Part shown: positions 27,486 through 37,091 of the stretch, piece by piece
How positions within the stretch are numbered: position 1 is the first letter of the stretch
How the letters are laid out: every line of letters starts with the position of its first letter
Made by a program: the position numbers and the translations under genes
NCBI GenBank assembly: GCA_963777315.1
Contig: CAVZQC010000004.1
Location: 704,001-768,000 of the forward strand
Reading direction: 5' to 3'
DNA: 64,000 bases
DNA from: Vulcanimicrobiota bacterium
GTDB taxonomy: Bacteria; Vulcanimicrobiota; Vulcanimicrobiia; Vulcanimicrobiales; Vulcanimicrobiaceae
The notes under the pieces: generated by a model
Database searches by the model: none
The model's input: only the letters and a program-made list of their open reading frames with translations
What the model was told of the DNA's origin: nothing

Positions 27486-28543
27486 GCAATCGCTCCCATG
27501 TTCAGCGTGCCCGAGAACGGCTTGATCGGCATCGCGGACCACCATCCCGTGGCGATCAGCAAACCTTGATCGCTCGGCACGTACGTGAATCCGTATTTGC
27601 CGTTGGACTGCGCCGGATTACCTTGGTTGTACGGATTATCGGGGTTGCCGCCGTAGTCGATTCGATAATTAGGATCGTTGTTGGGAAACGCCGGCGTGCC
27701 CGTGGTCGTTTCGGGGAATTCGCTCGGCTGGAATACCGCGCCGGTCGTCGGGTTGAGAATGGATCCGGTGTATTCGAACTCTTGCGTGCTCTGGATGCTG
27801 GTCGCGGCGGCGCGTCCGATCGCCTTGAACGTGGGCGCCTTGAAGGTAAAGAAGCTGGGAATCATCGACGTTACCGTCGAGCAAGCGACGATCTCGACTT
27901 GCAGCGGCTGAAGATCGGTTTTGGGATTCCCGTTCGTGCCGCCGCCCACGACGAACGCGCAGCAGTCCGCATACACGTCCTCCAAGTAGTTGTTGTTGCG
28001 CGGCACGGCTGCGACCAACGTGTATTTAAAGGCGCAATCGCCGCCATTGGCCGCGCCGCAGTTGGCTTGATACTGCGCGAGCGCGTTCTTGATCTCGGTG
28101 ATCTGGTCCGATTGCGTGGGAGTACTGACCCGGTTGAGCAGCAGCACGTCGGCCGTGTATCGTTGAACCGCGTCCAGATACTGGCCCCGCAGATTGACGT
28201 ACATCTGGTCGCAGCTCTGAGGATCGGGCGTGGTGTCCGGCTCGGGCAGACAGCCGCCCTGGTCGTATACCACCTCGTCGATGTCACGAATGAGATAGCG
28301 AATCCGGTACTCTTCGACCGCTGCCGCGTGAAGAATCGACGTCGTCTGGTTCCACTGCACGGTTTGCGCCGCCAGCAAGCCTCGTGCCGCGGCGTCGGCC
28401 GCGTTCTGGGCGCGGATTTGCCAACGCAGCGCGCTGCCGTAATCGAGCACCATGACGAGCATGACCAGAACCGAAAGCGAGCCGAACGCCCACACCGGCA
28501 GCGTTTGGCCGCGTTGTCCGTGCAGGCGCGGATGCGGATGCAT
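27476..28543 (-). CDS. TadG-like pilus tip protein with a Cys-rich C-terminal domain
   Basis: HGQRG|QTLPVWAFG...VLDYG...AQNAADAAA Tad N-terminal motif. Confidence 0.82.
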   Translation of the reverse strand: MHPHPRLHGQRGQTLPVWAFGSLSVLVMLVMVLDYGSALRWQIRAQNAADAAARGLLAAQTVQWNQTTSILHAAAVEEYRIRYLIRDIDEVVYDQGGCLPEPDTTPDPQSCDQMYVNLRGQYLDAVQRYTADVLLLNRVSTPTQSDQITEIKNALAQYQANCGAANGGDCAFKYTLVAAVPRNNNYLEDVYADCCAFVVGGGTNGNPKTDLQPLQVEIVACSTVTSMIPSFFTFKAPTFKAIGRAAATSIQSTQEFEYTGSILNPTTGAVFQPSEFPETTTGTPAFPNNDPNYRIDYGGNPDNPYNQGNPAQSNGKYGFTYVPSDQGLLIATGWWSAMPIKPFSGTLNMGAIACN

Positions 28544-29451
28544 CAGCATCCCCTGTCGGGGCGCAGAGGATATTCGTGCCCGAGTTGCGCGTCGTTTCCG
28601 CCCTCGCCTTGGATCGGCATAACGTCCCATTTGTAAATGCTGTCCAGAGTCTGATGCAAGGCCTGATCGTAGCTCTTTTGGCCCGGCCGCGTCGGCATGA
28701 ACAGGCCCAGCTCCCCGGAGATGGTCGCGTAATACTGCTGGTGGCAGGTCATGTACTGGAAGGTGCCGTTTTTATCGTCGCCGTTTTGCGGCGTGTTGTA
28801 ATTGGCATCCTGAAGATATTCCGCCAGCCCCAGCGAGCGAAGCTCCAGCGAATCGCAGTGCGCCCACACGATGGGATCATTGCACCATAAAAACGCGAGG
28901 GTGATGTAATACGGGGGCACGTTTTGGTCGTCCGCCGTAAGCGGATCTTCGACCGTTTTGTTGGCCGTGGGCGAATTGTAGTCGACGCCTTGAGCATCGT
29001 CGTCGTGGTTGCCGATCACGGGACGCCCGTCCACGCTGCCCGCGGTAAGCGAGACGTTTCCGCCCAGAACCGAAGCGTTGAGCGACGCCGAGGCTTGCGC
29101 TTGCAGACGCTGCGGACGCAGCACCGATGCGCCTCCATAGCGGTTGTTCAGCGAACCCCACTGCGTGAAATTTACCGGCACGCTCGTGTCCGGAGGATAT
29201 TGCGCGATCGGCGAAACGTTCATCGGCACGCTGGGAAACAACGGGCCGAGCGCCGTGTTGAGGGTTGCGACGTTGGTGGAACCCGAGGCGTAGCCGTGCG
29301 CGAAAAAGAACGTCTTTCCGTCGAGCTGCAGCTGGTAGTATCCCATCAAACCCAGCTGCAGCGCGCCGAAGACCAGCATCAGGGTAAAGCTCAGCGTGAT
29401 TGCCGTTTCGGTCAGCGCGGTCGCCCGGGAGCCGGATGGCGCTGCTCTCAC
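28543..29451 (-). CDS. TadE-like pseudopilin with an atypical cleavage site
   Basis: SGSRA|TALTETAITLSFTLMLVFGALQLG; translationally coupled to both neighbours. Confidence 0.72.
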   Translation of the reverse strand: MRAAPSGSRATALTETAITLSFTLMLVFGALQLGLMGYYQLQLDGKTFFFAHGYASGSTNVATLNTALGPLFPSVPMNVSPIAQYPPDTSVPVNFTQWGSLNNRYGGASVLRPQRLQAQASASLNASVLGGNVSLTAGSVDGRPVIGNHDDDAQGVDYNSPTANKTVEDPLTADDQNVPPYYITLAFLWCNDPIVWAHCDSLELRSLGLAEYLQDANYNTPQNGDDKNGTFQYMTCHQQYYATISGELGLFMPTRPGQKSYDQALHQTLDSIYKWDVMPIQGEGGNDAQLGHEYPLRPDRGC

Positions 29452-29633
29452 GGCGGCGGTCCGATTTGGTAGGTCTGCATCTGACCGGTCGTGTTGGTGA
29501 GCGACGCGCTCGCCGATTTGGATATGGCGATCAGCATCGCCATCGCCGCCGCGCTGAGCAACGAGAGAATGAGGGCGTATTCCGTCATGGACGCACCGCC
29601 CTCGTCCCGCAGCAGAGCCAGAATCCGCGTCAC
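29448..29633 (-). CDS. flp: Flp family type IVc pilin (minor)
   Basis: RDEGG|ASMTEYALILSLL Flp motif. Confidence 0.88.
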   Translation of the reverse strand: MTRILALLRDEGGASMTEYALILSLLSAAAMAMLIAISKSASASLTNTTGQMQTYQIGPPP

Positions 29634-31063
29634 TGGTTGATCAGCACCGGGGTCATCACGAACACCACGTCGGATTGATCGTTCTGATAGTTGGTGGACT
29701 GAAATAACTTGCCCAGGATCGGAATGTCGCCGAGCAGCGGAATCTTCTGGATCGTGCGCTGCTCCACGCGCCGCAGCATTCCCCCCATGACGATTGACTG
29801 CCCCGGCTTGGTGACGACCTTGGTCGAAAGACGGCTTTCCTTGAGCGCGGGAATCAGAAACCCGTTCTGATTTACGCCGTCTTGAAAGTCGAGATCCGAG
29901 ATGTCCGGCTGAATCTGCGCGGCGATCGTACCGTTGGCTTGCAGCGTGGGCGTCACGTTGAGCTGCACGCCGAAGTCCTTGTACAAAATGCTGACCTGTC
30001 CCAGGCCCGTGGAGAACGGAATCGGAATCTGGCCGCCGACCAGGAACGTCGCCTGCGAGCCCGGGGTCGTGACCAGATCGGGCGACGACAGCACGCGCGC
30101 GTGCCCCTCTTGAATGAGCAGATTGAGCGTGGGCGCGAGTGTGATCGTGCGAAAGAACGCCCCCGCTTTGAGCGCCGCGCCGGCCGGTTCGCTATTTTCG
30201 ACCGCGGGAAACGACGGCGGCCCCAACGTGTACGTTCCGTCCGGATGGAACGTGGCGGATTGCAGCTGTACGCCCAGGTTCTTCATTGCCGTATGATCGA
30301 CTTCGAGCACGTAGACTTTGATGTCGATCTGCGACGAATGGGCGACCTCCAAACGATTGAGGACTTTACCTTCGGCGGCAAGATACGGGCCGGCGAGCGT
30401 CTGCGCGCGCGTGACGACGCGCTCGGCGACCTGCTCGTCGGGCACGTGTCCGCTTACGATGATGTTGCCTTTGCCGTCGGGTTCGATCTGCAGCCCCGAC
30501 ACGCCGGGAATGCCCGTAAAATCGCCCTGAATAGAGCCCAAGGAATGTGAGATCCGCACCGCGTTGACGATCGAGTATTTGTTCTCGTGCGCGTACTCGT
30601 TGAAATGACCCAGAACGTCGCCCAGTTCGACGTATCCGGCCATGTCTTGCACGCTCCCCCGCACGATAACCGCTCGTCCGAAGCTCATCACCTGTACGTT
30701 GGGCTCGGATATGGCCGCGCGCAGCATGTCTGCAACGCCGTCGACCATCTGACTGGACACGACGACTTCGTACGTCGAGCGCTGGTCACCCGACCACACA
30801 AAGACCGAGGTGTGTCCCGCGGCCTTTCCGTTGAGCACCAGCTGCGAGCGGCCTATGGCCACCACGCCCAAGCAGTCCGCATCCCCCACCGCAACGCGGC
30901 GCAGATTTTTTACGGGAAGAACCATCGAATGGCCCGTTTGTAGCGCGAGATAATGGACTTCTTCGGCGCTGGACTTCCCAGGCAGCGCCGCGAGCGCGCA
31001 GACGAAGGTCCCCGCACACACCAGCCGCATCCACTGCAATAGGCCAAAAGGCCTTCCTATCAT
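29630..31063 (-). CDS. cpaC: Tad secretin RcpA/CpaC with BON-like domains
   Basis: Signal peptide, pilus-formation N-domain (RVAVGDAD...GHTSVFVW), secretin core ATFLVGGQIPIP, FGVQLNVTP, KIPLLGDIPILGKLF. Confidence 0.92.
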   Translation of the reverse strand: MIGRPFGLLQWMRLVCAGTFVCALAALPGKSSAEEVHYLALQTGHSMVLPVKNLRRVAVGDADCLGVVAIGRSQLVLNGKAAGHTSVFVWSGDQRSTYEVVVSSQMVDGVADMLRAAISEPNVQVMSFGRAVIVRGSVQDMAGYVELGDVLGHFNEYAHENKYSIVNAVRISHSLGSIQGDFTGIPGVSGLQIEPDGKGNIIVSGHVPDEQVAERVVTRAQTLAGPYLAAEGKVLNRLEVAHSSQIDIKVYVLEVDHTAMKNLGVQLQSATFHPDGTYTLGPPSFPAVENSEPAGAALKAGAFFRTITLAPTLNLLIQEGHARVLSSPDLVTTPGSQATFLVGGQIPIPFSTGLGQVSILYKDFGVQLNVTPTLQANGTIAAQIQPDISDLDFQDGVNQNGFLIPALKESRLSTKVVTKPGQSIVMGGMLRRVEQRTIQKIPLLGDIPILGKLFQSTNYQNDQSDVVFVMTPVLINQ

Positions 31064-31130
31064 ACCGATTCTCCATAACCGGAAGGAAAACTGCGCATAT
31101 TGCGCGGTCCGATTATGCCACGAAATACCG

Positions 31131-31148
31131 GCGTTTACGCGTAAACGC
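31131..31148. promoter_or_regulatory. Perfect 18-bp palindrome in the divergent Tad intergenic region
   Basis: GCGTTTACG|CGTAAACGC lies between a candidate minus-strand extended -10 (TGGCATAAT, 31112-31120) and a candidate plus-strand promoter. Confidence 0.5.
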
Positions 31149-31183
31149 GTTCTAAGCGGTTGGTAAAACTTGCGACAGTGCCA

Positions 31184-31212
31184 TTCACGAAAGTGCCCCG
31201 CCCAGGTATCAT
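31184..31212 (+). promoter_or_regulatory. Candidate sigma70 promoter for the flp operon
   Basis: TTCACG-17 bp-TATCAT upstream of an AAGGAGG RBS. Confidence 0.4.
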
Positions 31213-31237
31213 GGTGCCACGCAAGGAGGGGTTGTGC

Positions 31238-31648
31238 GTGTCGATACTTCGACGGATCGCCGTATTAGCGGTTGCACTGAGCACATGCGCGGTACCTTTG
31301 GATCGTGCCGCAGCGGCATCGCCATTGACGATCCAAGTTCGGCATCACGATGGAATGGAGGCGCTTGATGTCTCCGGCGCGGGCTTGTCCCGATCGCCGG
31401 TGAGCATCACGATGTACGCAGCCATCTCCAGAGATGTGCCGGTTACATTCCTCAATACCTGGACCGTTCAAACCGGTTCCGACGGGCGCTTTTCGATTGT
31501 CGCGCCAATCGCAAGCGATTACTTCAGAGGAACCATCATCACCGTGCGCGCTGATTCAGCCGACGGATCTTCGGCAACCGCTTCGTGGGTCGTCGATCGT
31601 CCGGGTGTGCAGCAGATTCCTGCCGCAGACGACATTTCGGACCATTAG
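31238..31648 (+). CDS. Small secreted protein of unknown function, first gene of the flp operon
   Basis: AAGGAGG RBS, signal peptide, beta-rich body (VQTGSDGRFSIV). Confidence 0.65.
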   Translation: MSILRRIAVLAVALSTCAVPLDRAAAASPLTIQVRHHDGMEALDVSGAGLSRSPVSITMYAAISRDVPVTFLNTWTVQTGSDGRFSIVAPIASDYFRGTIITVRADSADGSSATASWVVDRPGVQQIPAADDISDH

Positions 31649-31676
31649 CCGCAAGCACATCGTAGGGAGAGACACA

Positions 31677-31832
31677 ATGAAACTCGTGAACATACTCAAA
31701 GACGATTCCGGCGCCACGATGGTGGAATACGGAATCATGGTCGCGCTGATTGCGGCCGTTTGCATCGTGCTCGTTACTGCCCTGGGCAAAAACGTCAGCA
31801 CGGCGTTCTCGACCGTCAACAGCGCCATCTAA
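31677..31832 (+). CDS. flp: Flp family type IVc pilin (probable major pilin)
   Basis: MKLVNILKDDSG|ATMVEYGIMVALIAAVCI; GGGAG RBS. Confidence 0.93.
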   Translation: MKLVNILKDDSGATMVEYGIMVALIAAVCIVLVTALGKNVSTAFSTVNSAI

Positions 31833-31836
31833 GGAA

Positions 31837-31897
31837 CGCGAAGAATCGCCGGGCGGCCGCGCCGCTTTGAAAGCGGCTCGGCTGCTCGTCGTTCGCG
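31837..31897 (+). terminator. Long GC-rich hairpin after flp (attenuator or mRNA stabiliser)
   Basis: CGGGCGGCCG-C-GCCGCTTT-G-AAAGCGGC-T-CGGCTGCTCG with outer CGCGAA/TTCGCG arms; no U-tract. Confidence 0.55.
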
Positions 31898-31913
31898 CGA
31901 CACACTGTTTGCC

Positions 31914-32444
31914 GTGACGATATTCTTGCCGGCTTGGATCATCGCGGGTGCAGCCTGCGCAGTCGCCGTCATAACCGACGTGCGCGCGCGGCGCATACCG
32001 AACGGTTTGACCCTGCCGCTGCTGATCGCGGGTCCCGTTTTGGCAGCGCATGCGGGTTTTTGGGCGTTCGCCGCTTCGCTGGTGTTCGCACTGGCCGTGC
32101 TCGTCGCGGGCACCATGCTGCACTCGACGGGTTTGGTCGGCGGCGGCGACATCAAGCTGATTGCCGCCGTATGCGGACTTATCGGGTTTTCCGGCGGCCT
32201 GCAGCTGCTGCTGTACACGGCCGTATCGGGCGGCGTGCTCGCAATCGTTTACTCCGCATGCACCGGCAAACTGCCCGCCGTGCTCGCACGCACGTTTTTC
32301 GGATTACACGCCTTGGCCGTGACCGGGTCGGCGCGGCTGACGCCTTCAAGCGCTAAAATTCCGTATGCCGTCGCAATTGCGGTCGGCCTGCTCATCGACT
32401 TCGCGTCTCTGACGCGCTTTCCGCAATTGAGGTTTATGCCGTGA
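31914..32444 (+). CDS. cpaA: Prepilin peptidase CpaA/TadV (A24)
   Basis: TDVRARRIPN, GGGDIKL, IPYAVAIAVG. Confidence 0.9.
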   Translation: MTIFLPAWIIAGAACAVAVITDVRARRIPNGLTLPLLIAGPVLAAHAGFWAFAASLVFALAVLVAGTMLHSTGLVGGGDIKLIAAVCGLIGFSGGLQLLLYTAVSGGVLAIVYSACTGKLPAVLARTFFGLHALAVTGSARLTPSSAKIPYAVAIAVGLLIDFASLTRFPQLRFMP

Positions 32445-33316
32445 CGCGCAACAAAAAACCACTGCTGATCATCATCGCCGCCGTTTTGGCGGGCGGTGCT
32501 GCCCTGACCGCTTTCGACTACATGTCCACGGGCAACCGGCACGCGCCTGCGGCTCCGCCGCGGGCGGTCATCGTGGCAGCTCGGGCGATCAGCGCGCGCG
32601 AAGCAATCACCAACTCCATGCTGGTAACGATCACCCGGCCCTCGGACGCGGTCGATCCGGGATCGTTTTCTTCTTCGGCTGCAGTTGCGGGCGACGTCGC
32701 GCTCGCGGACATCCCCGCCGGCGCGGCGCTGACGTCCTCCAACGTGACGCGCGCGTCCAATTTGCCGTCCGCCGTACATCTGACCGACGGAATGCGCGCA
32801 ATGAGCATCGCGGTCGACGAAGTCAAGGACGTTTCCGGGCTGCTCGAACCGGGGGATCACGTCGACGTCTATGCCGTCACGGCGCGCTCCACCAGCGAAC
32901 AGCCGCGCGCGTTTGCGATCCTGCGCAACATCGTCGTGCTCGGCGTGGGCGGACAAGTCGCCGGAACCGAAGCCACGCCCGGACCCCAAAGCATGCAATG
33001 GCGTTCCGTTACGCTGCGCGTAACGGCCGATCAGGCGAAAACGCTGGCAGTCGCCGATCTGAATTCGACGCTTCGTCTGGCCCTGCGGCCGCCCGACGAG
33101 TCGACCAAATCCGAACCGCAGGACGCGTTCTTCGTGCCGATGCAAAGCGGTCCGTCGATGCCGTCCGCGCCCGCGCCGGCGGCTGCGCCGCCGATGCCCG
33201 CGCCCGCAGCGCCTGCAGGCGCCGGAGCTGCGCCTCCGCCGGTGCGGCATGCGGCGCCCACGGACGGCGTGCAATACATCTTGGGAGATCGCGTCGAAGG
33301 CAGCGGTTCGCGCTAG
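32441..33316 (+). CDS. cpaB: Flp pilus assembly protein CpaB/RcpC
   Basis: SAF domain (VIVAARAI), GMRAMSIAVD, GLLEPGDHVDV, VTLRVT, LRLALR. Confidence 0.93.
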   Translation: MTRNKKPLLIIIAAVLAGGAALTAFDYMSTGNRHAPAAPPRAVIVAARAISAREAITNSMLVTITRPSDAVDPGSFSSSAAVAGDVALADIPAGAALTSSNVTRASNLPSAVHLTDGMRAMSIAVDEVKDVSGLLEPGDHVDVYAVTARSTSEQPRAFAILRNIVVLGVGGQVAGTEATPGPQSMQWRSVTLRVTADQAKTLAVADLNSTLRLALRPPDESTKSEPQDAFFVPMQSGPSMPSAPAPAAAPPMPAPAAPAGAGAAPPPVRHAAPTDGVQYILGDRVEGSGSR

Positions 33317-35383
33317 ATGTCGATGATTCTCTTCGTCATCGGCGCCAAGGGCGGCGTTGGAACGACGACGCTCGGCATCGACCTCGCAAAGCGCCTATCC
33401 GAAAAGCAAACGGCGCTGCTGGTCGACGGCGACCTTTCCGGCCGGCGAAGCATCGCCTCGATCTTCAACCGCTTTGCCGCGTTGGACGAGCGCCGGGCAG
33501 TCGACGGATTGGGCGTGGCGGCGCTCACGCAAAATCTCACGCTGCTGGAAATGGCGGCCAGCATTCACGAAGGCTTTACGATCAAGCCCGAACGCATCGA
33601 CGAGTTCTTCGTCAGTGCCGCCGAGCATTCCGAGACGATGATCGTCGACGCGCCGCAGCCGTTTGCCGCCGCGGTGCGCCCGTTCGCGGTTCGGTCCGCC
33701 GGCTTCATCCTGATCGTTCAGCCCACGCTCTTGGGCGTAACCGGCGCGCGCGCGATGCAACTGGAGATGCAGAAATTCGGCGTGCCGCCAAATCGCATGA
33801 TCTTCGTCTCATCCGCGCTGATGCCCAAGCCGGAGATCTCGGCAAGCGACATCGAACGCGCTCTGGGCATCGGCATCGTGACGGACATTCCGCCGAGCAC
33901 GGATCGGCGGTACGAGCGTTCGATGCAGACGCTCGGGGAGGCGATTCGCGCACTCCCGCCTTCCGAAACGCTGATTCTGCGTCCGTCGGCCAGCACGCCT
34001 TTGGGGGAACGGCGTTTGGGCCCGCGCGGACCCAAACCCGAAGACGCGTTTTCCGATAAGCGCAGCGCCGCGCCGGCCACGCTGCAGCGTGGCCAGCGTG
34101 ACGAACTCAAAGCGGCAATTCATGCCGAGCTGTCGCGGCGCGTGGATTTTGCCGCCATCTCCGGTTCGGATCAACTCAAAATCGACGAAGTGCGCAACGA
34201 AGTCGAAGCGACGGTCGCCGAATTCGCAGCCAAGCACGAGAACGCCGGCAGCGCCGAGCAGATCGCGCGGCTGCGTCAGGAGATCTTCGATGAAGCTTTG
34301 GGCTACGGGCCGCTCGAGGACTTGATGCGCGATCCGGCCATCACCGAAGTCATGGTTTCGGGGCCGAACAAAATTTACGTCGAACGCGAAGGCCGTTTGG
34401 AAAAAACCAGCAAGACATTCGTCGACGAGCGTCAGCTGCGCTTGGTCATCGAGCGCATCATCTCACCGCTCGGGCGGCGCATCGACGAATCGATGCCGAT
34501 GGTCGACGCGCGTCTGCCCGACGGCTCGCGCGTGAACGCGACGATCGAGCCGCTGACGCTCGACGGATCCACGCTCACGATCCGGCGCTTCGGAAAGCGC
34601 CGCCTCAACGTCGAGGATCTGATCTCGCGCGGTTCGCTCATGCCGGCGATGGCCGACTTTCTGCGAGCCTGCGTCGAAGCCCGTTTGAACATCGTCATCA
34701 GCGGCGGAACCGGTTCGGGTAAGACGACCCTGCTCAACGTGCTCTCGCATTTCGTGCCCACTCACGAACGCATCGTGACGATCGAAGATGCCGCCGAGCT
34801 GTATTTGGATCAAGACCACGTCGTTCGCATGGAAGCCCGGCCTCCCAACGTCGAGGGCCGCGGAGAAATCCGCATACGCGACTTGGTGCGCAATGCGCTG
34901 CGCATGCGCCCGGACCGCATCGTGGTCGGCGAGTGCCGCGGCGGAGAGGCGCTCGACATGCTCCAAGCGATGAACACCGGCCACGACGGTTCGCTGACCA
35001 CGGTTCACGCCAATACGCCGCGCGATTGTCTCTCGCGCATCGAAACGATGGTTCTGATGGCCGGCTACGATATTCCCGTGCGCGCCATTCGCGAACAGAT
35101 CGTCAGCGCGGTCGACCTGGTCATTCAAGTCTCGCGGACCCGCGACGGCACGCGCAAAGTGACGAGCATCAGCGAGGTGATCGGCATGGAAGGCGACGTC
35201 GTCACGATGCTCGACCTGGTCCGCTACCAGCAGCACGGCGTCGACAAAGAAGGCTTGACGATGGGCAACTTCGTGTTTACCGGCGTGCAGCCCCAATCGA
35301 TGACGCGCTTTGCCGAATACGGCGTCACGTTCAATTTGGATCGCCTGAACGAAATGCAGCTGGCCGTCGCGTACTCGGCATGA
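33317..35383 (+). CDS. cpaF: Fused CpaE/TadZ (MinD-like) and CpaF/TadA pilus assembly ATPase
   Basis: N-terminal [10 protein letters not shown] deviant Walker A with LLVDGD. C-terminal [43 protein letters not shown]. Confidence 0.92.
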   Translation: MSMILFVIGAKGGVGTTTLGIDLAKRLSEKQTALLVDGDLSGRRSIASIFNRFAALDERRAVDGLGVAALTQNLTLLEMAASIHEGFTIKPERIDEFFVSAAEHSETMIVDAPQPFAAAVRPFAVRSAGFILIVQPTLLGVTGARAMQLEMQKFGVPPNRMIFVSSALMPKPEISASDIERALGIGIVTDIPPSTDRRYERSMQTLGEAIRALPPSETLILRPSASTPLGERRLGPRGPKPEDAFSDKRSAAPATLQRGQRDELKAAIHAELSRRVDFAAISGSDQLKIDEVRNEVEATVAEFAAKHENAGSAEQIARLRQEIFDEALGYGPLEDLMRDPAITEVMVSGPNKIYVEREGRLEKTSKTFVDERQLRLVIERIISPLGRRIDESMPMVDARLPDGSRVNATIEPLTLDGSTLTIRRFGKRRLNVEDLISRGSLMPAMADFLRACVEARLNIVISGGTGSGKTTLLNVLSHFVPTHERIVTIEDAAELYLDQDHVVRMEARPPNVEGRGEIRIRDLVRNALRMRPDRIVVGECRGGEALDMLQAMNTGHDGSLTTVHANTPRDCLSRIETMVLMAGYDIPVRAIREQIVSAVDLVIQVSRTRDGTRKVTSISEVIGMEGDVVTMLDLVRYQQHGVDKEGLTMGNFVFTGVQPQSMTRFAEYGVTFNLDRLNEMQLAVAYSA

Positions 35384-36240
35384 ACCTGGTTCTTCCGGTC
35401 TTCGTCGTTCTAGGCGTCGGCGGTGCGGTCGCCGTTACGTTCTTTACGTACTGGCGCAGCGTGGTGCGGGTCATCGCGCAGCTCATGGAGCCCTATCGCA
35501 CGGGCTTGGAACGTGCCGCGATCCCGGTAAAATCCGAGGAGTTGGCCTTCACGGTTCTGGCAGTGGGAACCGTTCCGTGGGGAATCATCACGGCATTTTG
35601 GCATCCGACGCCGCTGCTGAGCGTCGCCATTCTCATCATCACCCTGAGCGCGTCGTTCTTCACGACCCGGGCGTGGATCAATCGTCGCGTCGTCAAACGC
35701 TTGGTGGAGTTCAACAATCAGCTCGAGATGGCGCTGCGCCTCATCGCAGGCGCGATGCGCGTCGGCTTGGGGATGCGCCAGGCGCTGATCAGCGTCGTTA
35801 CCGACATGCCGGATCCCGCCCGCGTGGAATTCACCCGCGTTCTGAGCCAGACGCAGATCGGCGTGAGTTTGTACGACGCGCTCGATCAGCTGTGCGAGCG
35901 CATGCCGTCGAGTGAAATGGAGATGATGGCCAACGCCGTTCGCCTGCAAAGCCAGACCGGCGGCAACCTCTCGCGAGTTTTGGAAAATTTGGCCGCGACG
36001 ATCAAAGAGCGCCGCCGCCTGTCGCGCAAGATCCGCGCGCTGACCGCCGAAGCGCGGGCAACCAAATACATCATCACCGCGCTTCCCGTTTTCGTAGCGG
36101 TTTTCGTCATGGCGGTCGAGCCCGAAATGCGCGAAGGCTTGCTCGATACGATGATCGGCCGGGTATGCTTGCTGATCGTTGCCGGGCTGCTTTCCGTGGG
36201 ATGGTATCTTTTCAACCTCATCTCGAAGATCGACATCTGA
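35380..36240 (+). CDS. tadB: TadB (T2SSF domain) platform protein
   Basis: FNNQLEMALRLIAGAMRVG, QTGGNLSRVLENLAATIKER, ALTAEAR. Confidence 0.92.
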   Translation: MNLVLPVFVVLGVGGAVAVTFFTYWRSVVRVIAQLMEPYRTGLERAAIPVKSEELAFTVLAVGTVPWGIITAFWHPTPLLSVAILIITLSASFFTTRAWINRRVVKRLVEFNNQLEMALRLIAGAMRVGLGMRQALISVVTDMPDPARVEFTRVLSQTQIGVSLYDALDQLCERMPSSEMEMMANAVRLQSQTGGNLSRVLENLAATIKERRRLSRKIRALTAEARATKYIITALPVFVAVFVMAVEPEMREGLLDTMIGRVCLLIVAGLLSVGWYLFNLISKIDI

Positions 36241-37091
36241 TGAACATGCTATTCTTCATGGGCGCGTTTGCGCTCGGTGCCGGCGGCCTGGGATACTACG
36301 CCATGCAGTCGGGCAATAGCGATCTGCGCGATCGCGTGGCGGCAATGGATGCGGCGGCGGGCATGTCCAAAAAGGACGAAAACTCCACGCTGCTGCGCCG
36401 CTTGCTCGACGAGCGGCGGGCGAACGCGCTTTCCGTCAAGCTCCAGGAGGCGGGATGGTACCATCTCACACCTCAAAAGCTCTTCGCGCGCTCGTTCGCC
36501 GGCATGGGCATAGGCGCCGGGGTCGGCGTACTGGCGATGCTGTACTTTCATCGCATTTCGCCGGTGTATATCGGGCTATGCTTTGCTTTGGCAGCGTACG
36601 GCGCGTATGCTCCCTACGCCTCGATGCACCGCACGATCGACAAGCGCAAGATGAGTATCCACCGCGAGCTGCCCGACTTTTTGGACGTGCTGGCAACGAC
36701 GGTCGATGCCGGCATTGCGCTCAACGGTGCGCTCTCGGCGGCGTGCGACGGGCTGCATGGGCCGTTCGGTGAAGAAATGCGCGCAGCGCTGCAGGACATT
36801 CGGCTGGGGCGATCGCGTGCAGACGCGCTCATGGCGCTCGCGCAGCGCGTGCGCGAACCGGACTTGACCACGACGATGGTTGCAATCGTGCAGTCCGAGC
36901 GCTTGGGCGCGAGCATCACCGAAGTGCTGCAGCAACTGGCGGCCGAAACGCGCGAACGCCGCACGCTTCGCGCCGAAGAGATCGCCGCTCAGCTTCCCAA
37001 CAAACTGGTGTTTCCGGTCGGCCTGTGCATGCTGCCCGCGCTGCTGCTGCTGATTTTCGGCGCGGTCGTCGCCAAACTGATCAACAAATGA
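36240..37091 (+). CDS. tadC: TadC (T2SSF domain) platform protein
   Basis: ELPDFLDVLATTVDAG, DIRLGRSRADAL, QSERLGASI, AEEIAAQLPNKLVFP. Confidence 0.92.
   Translation: MNMLFFMGAFALGAGGLGYYAMQSGNSDLRDRVAAMDAAAGMSKKDENSTLLRRLLDERRANALSVKLQEAGWYHLTPQKLFARSFAGMGIGAGVGVLAMLYFHRISPVYIGLCFALAAYGAYAPYASMHRTIDKRKMSIHRELPDFLDVLATTVDAGIALNGALSAACDGLHGPFGEEMRAALQDIRLGRSRADALMALAQRVREPDLTTTMVAIVQSERLGASITEVLQQLAAETRERRTLRAEEIAAQLPNKLVFPVGLCMLPALLLLIFGAVVAKLINK

Noticed and set aside
31100..31220. Sigma54 promoter from TGGCA-like motifs in the Tad intergenic region
   Set aside because: None of the candidates has the required GG-N10-GC spacing.
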